DNA of 64,000 nucleotides from Bacteroides sp. (GTDB taxonomy: Bacteria; Bacteroidota; Bacteroidia; Bacteroidales; Muribaculaceae), in assembly GCA_014802265.1 (NCBI GenBank), contig JAAVCP010000064.1:1265-65264 (forward strand). The letters are read 5' to 3'. The notes under the pieces were generated by a model. The model was not told the DNA's origin, ran no database searches, and saw only the letters and a list, made by a program, of their open reading frames with translations. The position numbers and the translations under genes are program-made. Below are positions 17,026 to 26,058 of the stretch, piece by piece (position 1 is the stretch's first letter; every line of letters begins with the position of its first letter).

Positions 17026-17457
17026 TTGATGCAAATGACTAAGAAAATTCAAATGCTCGCCATCACATTATCGATGGCTCTCACCACGCTCTCATCCTGT
17101 GGCTTGGGTATAGGAAAAGTCGACAAACGCGACCGCAATATCGAAAAGGTAATGCTTGCGTATCTTGACTCAATCCCGGAAGTAGAATACATCGGATTGT
17201 CAGACACCCACCATCTCAAGGACGGAAATTTCCAAGCCGTAATTATCTACAACCTAACCGACACTTTGGGTAATAAGGTAGAGCGGAATGCACGTGTCGT
17301 CACAAATAATGACGGTTCGGAGATATACTCATGGAAAGATCTCGACTGTCAAATTCTTAACGAGGTCAAGCAAAAGGTATCCGATAAATTTGAAGCAAAA
17401 GGTATAAACTTAGACGGTAGCCTTATTGATGCCCTAATCGAACTCAAAAGAAGATAA
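17026..17457 (+). CDS. Hypothetical lipoprotein
   Basis: Lipobox LSSC; first gene after the repeat-containing promoter. The start may be a few codons downstream. Confidence 0.7.
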   Translation: MMQMTKKIQMLAITLSMALTTLSSCGLGIGKVDKRDRNIEKVMLAYLDSIPEVEYIGLSDTHHLKDGNFQAVIIYNLTDTLGNKVERNARVVTNNDGSEIYSWKDLDCQILNEVKQKVSDKFEAKGINLDGSLIDALIELKRR

Positions 17458-17470
17458 AATACATACGGCT

Positions 17471-19777
17471 ATGAAACAGATAATCTTAATAATTTTTGCC
17501 CTTATGGCATTGACTCCCACTTTTGGTCGTGAGGTAACAGGTAAAATAGTTGATGACAATAATTCCCCTCTTGATTTTGTCAATGTCGTTTTGCTTAAGG
17601 CAGATTCAACCTATATCACCGGCACTGTGACTGATGATAAGGGTATGTTCCGGTTTGAGAATACACAGGGCAGCCCTAAGTATATAAAGGTATCCTCAAG
17701 CGGTTATGCCGATAAAAAACTAAGCATCCCGACTTCCGGTAATTTCGGTGTAATAACTCTTGATCCGATAACGGTTATGCTTGGCGAAGTGGTAGTTAAA
17801 TCCAACCGTCCCGTAACTGCAATCAAGGGTGATGCCCTCGTAACAAATGTTGCAGGCTCACAGCTTGAACATGCAGGCACAGCCAATGACGTTCTTACAC
17901 AAGTACCTATGGTATTGGGTCGTGACGGAAATTTTCAAGTCTTCGGAAAAGGCTCACCTGCAATCTACGTCAATGGGCGTGAAATAAGGGATCTTTCTGA
18001 ATTATCTCAGATCAACTCTGCCGACATCAAGAATGTGGAGGTTATAACAAATCCCGGTGCTAAGTATGATGCCTCTGTTAAATCAGTTATCCGTATTAGG
18101 ACAAAACGTCCCCGAGGGGAGGGTTTCAGCGGAAATATTCGTGTTCAGGGAGCCTGGCAAAAATACTTTAGGAATGTTGACTGGGCGAACTTTAAATTCC
18201 GTTCAGGTGGTCTTGATGTCTTCTGTAACATGGGATTGATAAAGGGAAAGTTCTATAGTGATGGATATGAAGAGATGCTTACTAATTCTTCGATGCTTTG
18301 GAAAGAGTCAATTTCTCATCATAATATAATGCACTCAACTGAATTTTTCGGGAAATTTGGTGTGTCGTATCTATTTAATGACAACCACTCTATCGGAGCT
18401 TCTTATTCTAATGGATTTATAAAATGGAAGACTTCAGATACTGTCCTCACAACCATCACTGCTGATGAAACGCTTTATGACAAGCTTAACTTGTGTCAGG
18501 AATCCAAAATAAATACACTCCCCAAGCACTATGTTAATATCTATTATAGCGGCAATGTAGGCGGATTGGGAATCGATTTTAATATGGATTATCTTTGGCG
18601 TAAAATATCCAACACAGACTTCAGCGATGAGAAAAGCGAATATCATGAAAATTCCTTCATAAATTCAGTGGGCTGCAACAGAGGACGCATGTTTGCCGAG
18701 AAACTTGTGCTAAGTTATCCTGTTTGGAAAGGTGAGATTGAAGTCGGAGAAGAATACACAGCGTCACGTTTTACATCAGATTATATGACTGATGCCTCAA
18801 TCATAGGGAATGCAGATACACGTGTTGATGAAAACAATATGGCAGGCTTTATTGATATCTCCCAATCTTTTGGAAAAATAGATGCCAATCTTGGGTTAAG
18901 ATACGAGCGAGTGAAGTTCAGCTATTTTGAGGACGGTCAGAAAAATGATGAGCAGAGCAAAGTTTATAATAATCTTTTCCCTTCATTCACAATCTCCACG
19001 ATGATCAAGAATGTCCAACTGGCATTTAATTATACTCATAAGACGCAGCGCCCAAGTTATACCGATCTTGACGGCACGATAGACTATATAAATCGGTTTA
19101 CTTTGGAGAGTGGTAATCCGTATCTAAAGCCTGAGAAGATTCACTCGATAGAATTGACCGGAGCATGGAAACAATTCTTCGGACAAATTTCATACTCATA
19201 TAAGAAAGATCCGATAATGAATACCACTCGTTCCTATGGAAACGAAGGAGAAATCAAGCTCATGACCATGGAAAACTTCCCAAAGATTCAAAATCTTCAG
19301 GTATTTATTGGCTCACAGTTCCAAGTTGGCATCTGGCAGCCGAAGGCGAATGTTGGAATCATACAGCAATGGCTTTCTATTGATTATGCCGAAGGCAGAA
19401 AGAATCTTGATAACCCCATCGGACTTGTGCAATTTCAGAATGCTATTCATATTCCGGGAGACATCTGGCTGAACATAGATATGCAATGGATGAGTGCCGG
19501 TAACGAAAAGAATACATATCAAAAGGCATCTTCATTCCTAAATGCGAAACTTTACAAGTCATTCTTCAACAATAAACTCGGGGTTACATTTGAAGTGACA
19601 GACATATTTAATAAAGGTAACCGCGACATTACACTGCTAAACAGAGATGTCACGATTGACAGATCACAGACAACCAACAACCGAACATTCATGCTGACTC
19701 TCCAGTATTCGTTTAATATAAGCAGAGACCGATACAAAGGTCAAGGCGCCGGAGCAAATGAAATGAACCGATTCTAA
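17471..19777 (+). CDS. TonB-dependent-receptor-like outer-membrane beta-barrel (carboxypeptidase-regulatory-like N-terminal domain, plug, barrel)
   Basis: GKIVD..PLDFVNVVL, LGEVVV, VLTQVP.V, IKNVEVITNPGAKYDA, GNPYLKPE and YKGQGAG..EMNRF motifs. Confidence 0.85.
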   Translation: MKQIILIIFALMALTPTFGREVTGKIVDDNNSPLDFVNVVLLKADSTYITGTVTDDKGMFRFENTQGSPKYIKVSSSGYADKKLSIPTSGNFGVITLDPITVMLGEVVVKSNRPVTAIKGDALVTNVAGSQLEHAGTANDVLTQVPMVLGRDGNFQVFGKGSPAIYVNGREIRDLSELSQINSADIKNVEVITNPGAKYDASVKSVIRIRTKRPRGEGFSGNIRVQGAWQKYFRNVDWANFKFRSGGLDVFCNMGLIKGKFYSDGYEEMLTNSSMLWKESISHHNIMHSTEFFGKFGVSYLFNDNHSIGASYSNGFIKWKTSDTVLTTITADETLYDKLNLCQESKINTLPKHYVNIYYSGNVGGLGIDFNMDYLWRKISNTDFSDEKSEYHENSFINSVGCNRGRMFAEKLVLSYPVWKGEIEVGEEYTASRFTSDYMTDASIIGNADTRVDENNMAGFIDISQSFGKIDANLGLRYERVKFSYFEDGQKNDEQSKVYNNLFPSFTISTMIKNVQLAFNYTHKTQRPSYTDLDGTIDYINRFTLESGNPYLKPEKIHSIELTGAWKQFFGQISYSYKKDPIMNTTRSYGNEGEIKLMTMENFPKIQNLQVFIGSQFQVGIWQPKANVGIIQQWLSIDYAEGRKNLDNPIGLVQFQNAIHIPGDIWLNIDMQWMSAGNEKNTYQKASSFLNAKLYKSFFNNKLGVTFEVTDIFNKGNRDITLLNRDVTIDRSQTTNNRTFMLTLQYSFNISRDRYKGQGAGANEMNRF

Positions 19778-19794
19778 CAAATAATGATTTAGAT

Positions 19795-20121
19795 ATGAGA
19801 AAATTCTTAATGATAATGGCATTTGCTCTTGTGAGTATCGCCACTTATGCAAAACCTCATTGTCAAAGTTTCAATAACAATGACAATAAAACAACTATCA
19901 TTTTCACTGACGATAAAGCAGGAGACAAGTATTCCGTAACGGATGTAAGGATTATTCCTTATTGGCTGGGGAAGGAATATAAAGCCACCTCCGTCAGGGT
20001 CTATATAAAAAAGGGAGTGGCAACTGTGACATTGACATTCGACCATCTAACTCAATTTTCCAATCCGAAGGTTAAGTTGAAAATCAATGGTAAGAAGACT
20101 ACATTCAAAGTTTGCCAGTGA
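19795..20121 (+). CDS. Small secreted basic beta-rich protein
   Basis: Signal peptide ending ATYA; two Cys residues near the mature N- and C-termini; followed by a terminator. Confidence 0.7.
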   Translation: MRKFLMIMAFALVSIATYAKPHCQSFNNNDNKTTIIFTDDKAGDKYSVTDVRIIPYWLGKEYKATSVRVYIKKGVATVTLTFDHLTQFSNPKVKLKINGKKTTFKVCQ

Positions 20122-20166
20122 TAAACTAATAAATATCTGAAAACAAATATATTTATGCAATGATGA

Positions 20167-20196
20167 AAGCTCCCGGCAGTGATGTCGGGAGCTTTC
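20167..20196 (+). terminator. Intrinsic terminator
   Basis: aaagctcccggca-gtga-tgtcgggagcttt followed by a T-rich run. Confidence 0.8.
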
Positions 20197-20301
20197 CGTT
20201 TTTACATATATATTCTTGTGCCTGATATTTTCATATCATTATTACCACAGGGTGATTTTTTCATCGTCAATGGCGCGGTATCAAAGCCTTACTTCCATCT
20301 G

Positions 20302-20505
20302 CCTGACTTGAGGCTATGAGGTCGGAATTTTCGATTTTCTATAAGCTGCAAAGAATTTAAAGTGCCCTGGCTGATTTTTGCAGCCTATGCATTTGTAGTA
20401 ATGCTCGTATAGCTGGTTTTCTTTAGACAAGACTCACATTCCACTTCACATATCCAAGGTTAATTTGTTTCACCCAACCGATTTTAGAACCTTGAAGGCA
20501 TCTTC
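20302..20505 (+). repeat. Mosaic junction: diverged copy of 22405-22464, then a copy of 8192-8317, then a copy of 8695-8714
   Basis: 20360-20485 matches 8192-8317 with 4 mismatches in 126 bp; 20486-20505 matches 8695-8714 exactly; 20302-20361 aligns to 22405-22464 at about 46/60. Confidence 0.9.
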
Positions 20506-20708
20506 GGTAATGCTATGAGACAACCTCCTTGGTTGATGTCACAGCTTATTCCTTTTTCATGTTAAGACAACAACTTCGACGAGTTCTTTTTCAAAGATGC
20601 TTTTCTTTATTAAACCGAATTACTTGGAAAAACTTATGCTTGGATTGACATTTCTGAGCTCTCGAAGATTTTAGAATTTTTCTATTTTAATTTATTGAGT
20701 ATGCCATG

Positions 20709-21536
20709 TTATTTTGAATATGTTCCATTACACAGTATAGTTTTTCTATATCTACCGGGGCTATAACCGGTTCCCTTCTTAAAAAACCTATTGAAAAAGG
20801 CAGGGTTGGGGAAATTTAGAGAATAAGAGACCTCTTCAACGCTCAAGTCGGTTGACGACAGCAATATCTGAGCACGCCGGATAATTGCCTTATTGATCCA
20901 TTCCACAGGACTCTGTCCAGTCAAATCCTTGACAATCATGCTTAAATAGTGACTCGATATTCTCATTCTACTGGCGTATGGTTCAACTTTCCGTTCATAA
21001 CTGTCATTGTTTCTCAACAAACTCATAAATTCATCGAATATCTGTAATTTTCTTGTAGTGCGCACCTCTTTGGATTGTCTCTCTCCCAACCGTCCAATTT
21101 CAATACTAAGACTTTGACATAAATATTTTAGTATTTCTGTCTCAATAGTTTCTCTGCTGACATATATCCACATTGTTTCAAAGAGCGAATTGAGGAATTC
21201 ATTATTATTCCCCTTGACACCTTCGGTCTGCTCTATGAACGGGGAAGATAAAACCGAAATTGATAAGTCTTCGGAATACTCAACCAAACTTATTATACAT
21301 CCCTGAGGTATAAAAATAAAATCATTGGAACAAAGATTATATCTGACGAGATCTACTTCATAAACGCAACTACCACTCCGAATCATTATAAACCTATTCT
21401 GACCTAAAAGATATGCTGTATTAGGACTAAAAATGCTACTGTCACCAGGCTTTAATGTGACAGTGATAATGAAGTTGTCGGAAAGATACGTGTTGTAAGT
21501 CTTAATCCGGTGCTTGATTTCCAATGATTTAATCAT
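20709..21536 (-). CDS. AraC-family transcriptional regulator
   Basis: N-terminal cupin-like region; C-terminal YA..M.IS.HYLS..VK..TG.SP and LS.EEVSYSLNFPNPAFFNRFFKK.TG.SP..YR double HTH. Confidence 0.9.
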   Translation of the reverse strand: MIKSLEIKHRIKTYNTYLSDNFIITVTLKPGDSSIFSPNTAYLLGQNRFIMIRSGSCVYEVDLVRYNLCSNDFIFIPQGCIISLVEYSEDLSISVLSSPFIEQTEGVKGNNNEFLNSLFETMWIYVSRETIETEILKYLCQSLSIEIGRLGERQSKEVRTTRKLQIFDEFMSLLRNNDSYERKVEPYASRMRISSHYLSMIVKDLTGQSPVEWINKAIIRRAQILLSSTDLSVEEVSYSLNFPNPAFFNRFFKKGTGYSPGRYRKTILCNGTYSK

Positions 21537-21690
21537 AGCAGATAATATTTTTTTACATTTTAGTCCATTTTATTGCAAAAATAGTACAAAAAAGATAATA
21601 ACTCAACAATTTACAGATAATTTTTAGGAGAATTTTATTTGTTTTAATCTCAAAACAATAAATCATCCAAAAATAATAAAATCAACGTTT

Positions 21691-22362
21691 ATGAAATTTA
21701 TCTGTAGAAATTGGTATTGGATTGGTGGTGTCATTGCTGCCATCGCTCTTATCTTTATGTTCTGTGACTGGTCTCATCTGTCAGATTTATCCCGCTTTGC
21801 ATGGTTCGCGTTTATCATCATGCTACTCCATCAGTTCGAAGAATACGGTTGTCCAGGTGGTGAACCCTTGATTATGAATCTCGTACTCCGAAATTCTCCG
21901 CGACCCGACCGATATCCTCTCAACCAGTTTTCCGCTATGCTGGTGAATTGTCTGATTTCTTATATAATGTTCCCACTGTTTATCATTTTTCCAAATCAGA
22001 TATGGCTTGGTATAGGACTGGCGTTCTCATTTATTTCCCAGTTTTTTGTTCATGGAATTGCCACTAACATTAAACTACGCTCTGTTTACAATCCGGGATT
22101 CGCAAATGTATTGTTCATGATGATGCCATGGACCGTATGCTTCTTTATCTACATAGGAAAGCATCACCTTGCGGATGCCACAGATTGGTGGCTTGGAACC
22201 TTATACTTCCTTATCTTTAGTGCCGGACTTCTCGGATTTATGACCTATAAGGTCTTACCCAATATCAATTCCCGATGGACATTTACACCGACAGAGTTAA
22301 AAAGATTCAACGTCCGTGAGAAATGGGAACGTATTGCCAACTCAAAAAGAGCTGTGAAATAA
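21691..22362 (+). CDS. HXXEE-domain membrane protein
   Basis: LHQFEEY..PGG and YNPG motifs, multiple TM helices; divergent from the AraC gene. Confidence 0.85.
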   Translation: MKFICRNWYWIGGVIAAIALIFMFCDWSHLSDLSRFAWFAFIIMLLHQFEEYGCPGGEPLIMNLVLRNSPRPDRYPLNQFSAMLVNCLISYIMFPLFIIFPNQIWLGIGLAFSFISQFFVHGIATNIKLRSVYNPGFANVLFMMMPWTVCFFIYIGKHHLADATDWWLGTLYFLIFSAGLLGFMTYKVLPNINSRWTFTPTELKRFNVREKWERIANSKRAVK

Positions 22363-22404
22363 CGATAACTCAAAGATTTTAAAGTCCTGCTTTCCTCGAC
22401 ATGT

Positions 22405-22435
22405 CCCGACCTGAGCCTATGAGGTCGGGTTTTTG
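22405..22435 (+). terminator. Intrinsic terminator of the HXXEE gene
   Basis: cccgacct ... aggtcggg 8-bp stem followed by ttttt. Confidence 0.7.
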
Positions 22436-22505
22436 ACTCTCTATAAACTATATAGGATTTGAAAAGACAAACTTACAGACAGTGAGTAAAATTTTTTGTA
22501 AAGAC

Positions 22506-22532
22506 TGTAACAAAATTAGGGGGCGATAGTCT
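22506..22532 (+). promoter_or_regulatory. Putative ECF autoregulatory promoter (TGTAAC-N17-GTCT)
   Basis: ECF-type -35 AAC and -10 GTC spacing directly upstream of the ECF sigma gene. Confidence 0.5.
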
Positions 22533-22593
22533 TTATAATGAAGAGACCTTCAAACCTCTTCATTATGATCTCAAGTGAACTTCACTGCTGCAC

Positions 22594-23094
22594 ATGGACG
22601 AAAAACAGTTTAAAGTCTGCATTATGCCGATGCATAAAACTCTTTACGCTTACGCGCTCACTATCCTCCGGGATGAGAGCGACGCGGCAGACTGTGTGCA
22701 GGAAGCTTTCACAAGACTGTGGGAAAATCGCAATAGACTCGCTTATATAGACAATCTAAAGGGGTATGCTGCCGTTACAGTAAAAAACATTGCTCTGTCA
22801 ATGGCTGCAAAAGCTAACCGTAACAGCCCGTCTGCCATATATGATGAGCCTCCCGATGTCTCAGATTCCGCTCCATCACCTCAGGAAGCGATGGAGCAGC
22901 GTGAAAACATTCGCGTGATCGGAAACATATTAAATGAACTACCCGATAACCAGAAAAGAGTGGTGATTCTAAGTGGTGTGGCAGGACTCTCCAACAATGA
23001 AATCCGAGAAGCCACGGGGCTGTCTGATCATAATGTCAGGGTGTTACTCTCGAGAGGTAGAAAAAAACTAAGAGATCTATTCTCTAAAAGATGA
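22594..23094 (+). CDS. ECF RNA polymerase sigma factor
   Basis: DAADCVQEAF.RLW (region 2) and LP..QKRVV.L...GLS..EI...TG.S..NVRVLLSRGRKKLR (region 4). Confidence 0.92.
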   Translation: MDEKQFKVCIMPMHKTLYAYALTILRDESDAADCVQEAFTRLWENRNRLAYIDNLKGYAAVTVKNIALSMAAKANRNSPSAIYDEPPDVSDSAPSPQEAMEQRENIRVIGNILNELPDNQKRVVILSGVAGLSNNEIREATGLSDHNVRVLLSRGRKKLRDLFSKR

Positions 23095-24023
23095 TAAGGA
23101 TGGTAAATATGATGACTGATAAAAACATACTGCAAATGACTGACATCAAAAAGATGCTCAGCCAATATTTTGAGGCTACCATTTCGCCCAATGATATGGC
23201 AAACCTGGAGACGCTTGCAAGCCAAGTGGCATCAGGGGTGTGCAATTGCCCGGACGAAAGTGTAAAGGCTGATATGATGCTAATATACTCTCTCAACAGG
23301 TTTGCAGCCAACTCATTGTCAGAGGTTTCAGCCTCTGTCCCTGACACGCTTGAAGATCGCCTCAGCAATCATATATCGATGCTGGCGGCTGAGTCACGTA
23401 AGAAGTATCGGAAATCATTTATCAGGCGATTGACTACCTATTCGGCTGCCGCATCTGTAATTGCGGTGATGGGGATAGTCGGATTTAATTACCTGACACA
23501 TGAGGAGACACCCTCAGCTCCTCAGATTCTGATTGCCGATGCCTCACTTTCAGAAAAAGCGGATAACCCACCTGCCGAACTATTTAATTCCCCTGCAACT
23601 GAAGTTTCCTCTCCCGCAAAAGTGTCGTCTAAAACTACCGCTAAGAGTGGCAACCGGAAAAAGGCGGTAACTAAAACCTCTGCTAACTCAAAAATAGCTC
23701 GACCGACTGAGACATCTACTGAAAAGGAAGTTTTCCTCGCTGAGGCTAATGAGGCGTTAGACCCGGTGCCACCTTTTGCAAAAGATGCATACATTGTCAG
23801 TGAAGAGGCATTCAAGGTGGTGCCGTCAGGAATCACCGCATACGTGGAGACCAATAATATCCTGATTCAACCTCTCTCTACTCTCAGTCAGTCGATATAT
23901 AATATCTACGAATCAGTGGAAATGGTGGCAGATGCCTTATCGGCTATCCCCACTGCATTTGATGCCGTAAGCTCGTCTCTTTCCCTGCTCTCCGAGCCAC
24001 TTGCATCTAACGACGATTTCTGA
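23091..24023 (+). CDS. Putative anti-sigma-like membrane protein
   Basis: Overlaps the sigma stop; IKKMLSQYFEAT N-terminus, single TM (YSAAASVIAVMGIVGF), low-complexity periplasmic region. Confidence 0.65.
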   Translation: MIRMVNMMTDKNILQMTDIKKMLSQYFEATISPNDMANLETLASQVASGVCNCPDESVKADMMLIYSLNRFAANSLSEVSASVPDTLEDRLSNHISMLAAESRKKYRKSFIRRLTTYSAAASVIAVMGIVGFNYLTHEETPSAPQILIADASLSEKADNPPAELFNSPATEVSSPAKVSSKTTAKSGNRKKAVTKTSANSKIARPTETSTEKEVFLAEANEALDPVPPFAKDAYIVSEEAFKVVPSGITAYVETNNILIQPLSTLSQSIYNIYESVEMVADALSAIPTAFDAVSSSLSLLSEPLASNDDF

Positions 24024-24073
24024 TCAATCGAACTAAGTTTAAATTAATGACAAACAACGATAACCTGAAAGAT

Positions 24074-24550
24074 ATGAAAACTATTCTTAAACTTATCCTC
24101 GTCTCTCTGACGGTGTTTTTATTTTCTGCATCAGCATTCGCAGCCAATCCAAAAAAATATTTCGAAGCTCTATCTACAGTAGGTGATTTCAATTACACAT
24201 ACATCTCCCCCTACATGTTGAAGGCTATGGGGGGAAGTCATATCAACAGCGGAGGATTAAGCATTTCTTCCTCTGACATCAGTTTGATTGAAACATTGTC
24301 TACTTATACTTCCGGCACCAACAACGATCTTTGGGACACTATCAGAAAAGTGAAGAAAGACAACGATCTTGAAACTCTCTCCACCAAGAAGGAGGGCTAT
24401 TACCGATATGATGTCCTTGGCAAGCTATCCTCTAATGGGAAGGTACTTACACATCTACTTGTAATAACTCAAAACGGTGGCAATAATGTCTCGGTGGTAT
24501 ATATTGTGGGGAAAATACCGATGGATGAAATAAGTTCTCAATTTAACTGA
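24074..24550 (+). CDS. Exported protein, DUF4252-like
   Basis: Signal peptide ending AFA; YTYISPYML and VVYIVGKI motifs; typical third gene of these ECF operons. Confidence 0.6.
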   Translation: MKTILKLILVSLTVFLFSASAFAANPKKYFEALSTVGDFNYTYISPYMLKAMGGSHINSGGLSISSSDISLIETLSTYTSGTNNDLWDTIRKVKKDNDLETLSTKKEGYYRYDVLGKLSSNGKVLTHLLVITQNGGNNVSVVYIVGKIPMDEISSQFN

Positions 24551-24575
24551 CAAAGCTACTATTCAATATATTAAA

Positions 24576-24608
24576 GCGTTCCCGGTTATGCCACATAGCC
24601 GGGAACGC
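24576..24608. terminator. Bidirectional terminator hairpin
   Basis: gcgttcccggttatg ... catagccgggaacgc between convergent genes. Confidence 0.8.
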
Positions 24609-24629
24609 CATTTCTTTACACTCTGTTAA

Positions 24630-25901
24630 TCACTTGCCGATCTCCTGAGGTGTAGGAGCCGGAGAATCAGGATTAATTGAAAATATGTAGTAGTGTCTCT
24701 TACACAATGCCCATATCAGAATTATGCAGACCACTGCCCCACTGAAGATAAATTCAAATGTAGGTAATGAGGAATGAAAAATCTTGCGTGCTGCCCCGTC
24801 AACAAACGGAACCATCATGATTGAAACATAATTGGCTGACAATACATAACCAAAATACTGAGTACCCAGTTTACGGGTTGGGGCTACGTAAGTAGTCTTG
24901 TTGTAAATAATCGGCTGTATGATGCCATATCCAAATCCTGTCACAAGCGATGAAATTGTATATATCCAAAAGTTATGTGTGAAACCTATGCCAAAAAGTC
25001 CGGCGGCACAAAGAGCAAGACAGATATAGATGGTGTGCTTGCCAAACAATCTCTTCAAGGGAGAGACAATCGCACCACACACGGCACACATCAGATAATA
25101 CATCGCTGTCACTACACCAACCTCTGTAGTGTTCATGCCGAAATGTTCCATACAGAATGGTGCATAATAGGAAATTGAGGTAGTGGCATAAGTAAGAAAC
25201 ATGTACAGGCATATCAGACTCACCAGCATCCAAGTGGAACGACTGCCCTGAAAATGATATGGTTTGGTACCGTCGGCACTATTTGCACTTGCAGAGCCAT
25301 TCGGCTGATTGACCACACGGTGCTTATTGACATAGCTCTGAGTCATAAACGGCACAAGAGCCAATGGAATCAAAGGGGTGAGATAGACCACAAAAGCTGC
25401 ATGCCAATGCTGTGATGCCACAATGCCCACATAAATGTTGGCAACTATGACCATAGCATTGGAAGTAGTGGATTTGAGTCCTAAATCAGCTTGACGCGAT
25501 GAACCCATAAACCATTCGGATATGTAACCGGCAGCCACAGGTACCACAAGACCACAACCAATGCCAACAAAACATCCCAACACAATGAGGGCAAGCATAC
25601 TGTTGGCGAAGAAACACCCTATGCCGGCAAGAAGGAATATGATCAAGCCGGTGGTCAGCACGGCTGTCTGTCGTGATGCCGTAGATATTTTACCCGCAAT
25701 CAACACCACTGGGATCATACACAGGTTAGGGAGCGAAGTCACAAGCTGTGCCTCCATCTCAGAGGAATGGAAAATATCTCGCAATTTCCCAAGCATTGGT
25801 GACACTGCCAATCCCGGCATATTGATGGTAAGGGATATCGACAAAATGGCAAGAAGTGAAATCAGTGGCATCTTGCCGTTGCCTGAGCTAACGTATTTCA
25901 T
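24630..25901 (-). CDS. MFS transporter
   Basis: About 12 hydrophobic helices; PGLAVSP..G, QLVTSLP and G.GYGIIQP motifs. Confidence 0.85.
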   Translation of the reverse strand: MKYVSSGNGKMPLISLLAILSISLTINMPGLAVSPMLGKLRDIFHSSEMEAQLVTSLPNLCMIPVVLIAGKISTASRQTAVLTTGLIIFLLAGIGCFFANSMLALIVLGCFVGIGCGLVVPVAAGYISEWFMGSSRQADLGLKSTTSNAMVIVANIYVGIVASQHWHAAFVVYLTPLIPLALVPFMTQSYVNKHRVVNQPNGSASANSADGTKPYHFQGSRSTWMLVSLICLYMFLTYATTSISYYAPFCMEHFGMNTTEVGVVTAMYYLMCAVCGAIVSPLKRLFGKHTIYICLALCAAGLFGIGFTHNFWIYTISSLVTGFGYGIIQPIIYNKTTYVAPTRKLGTQYFGYVLSANYVSIMMVPFVDGAARKIFHSSLPTFEFIFSGAVVCIILIWALCKRHYYIFSINPDSPAPTPQEIGK

Positions 25902-25998
25902 AGCAAAAAAATTAAGGTTTGTTTAAATCAATAACTATCACAGAGGGAAAAGGTTTACTCTCAACATCACAATTCATTAAGTTACATATAAAAATTAA

Positions 25999-26034
25999 CA
26001 AACCATCATCACAAATACACGTGAAGATGGTTTG
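25999..26034 (-). terminator. Probable terminator of the fucosidase gene
   Basis: caaaccatc ... gatggtttg inverted repeat 25 nt after the stop. Confidence 0.55.
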
Positions 26035-26058
26035 CAAACTTGTATAGCAGGACCTAAC

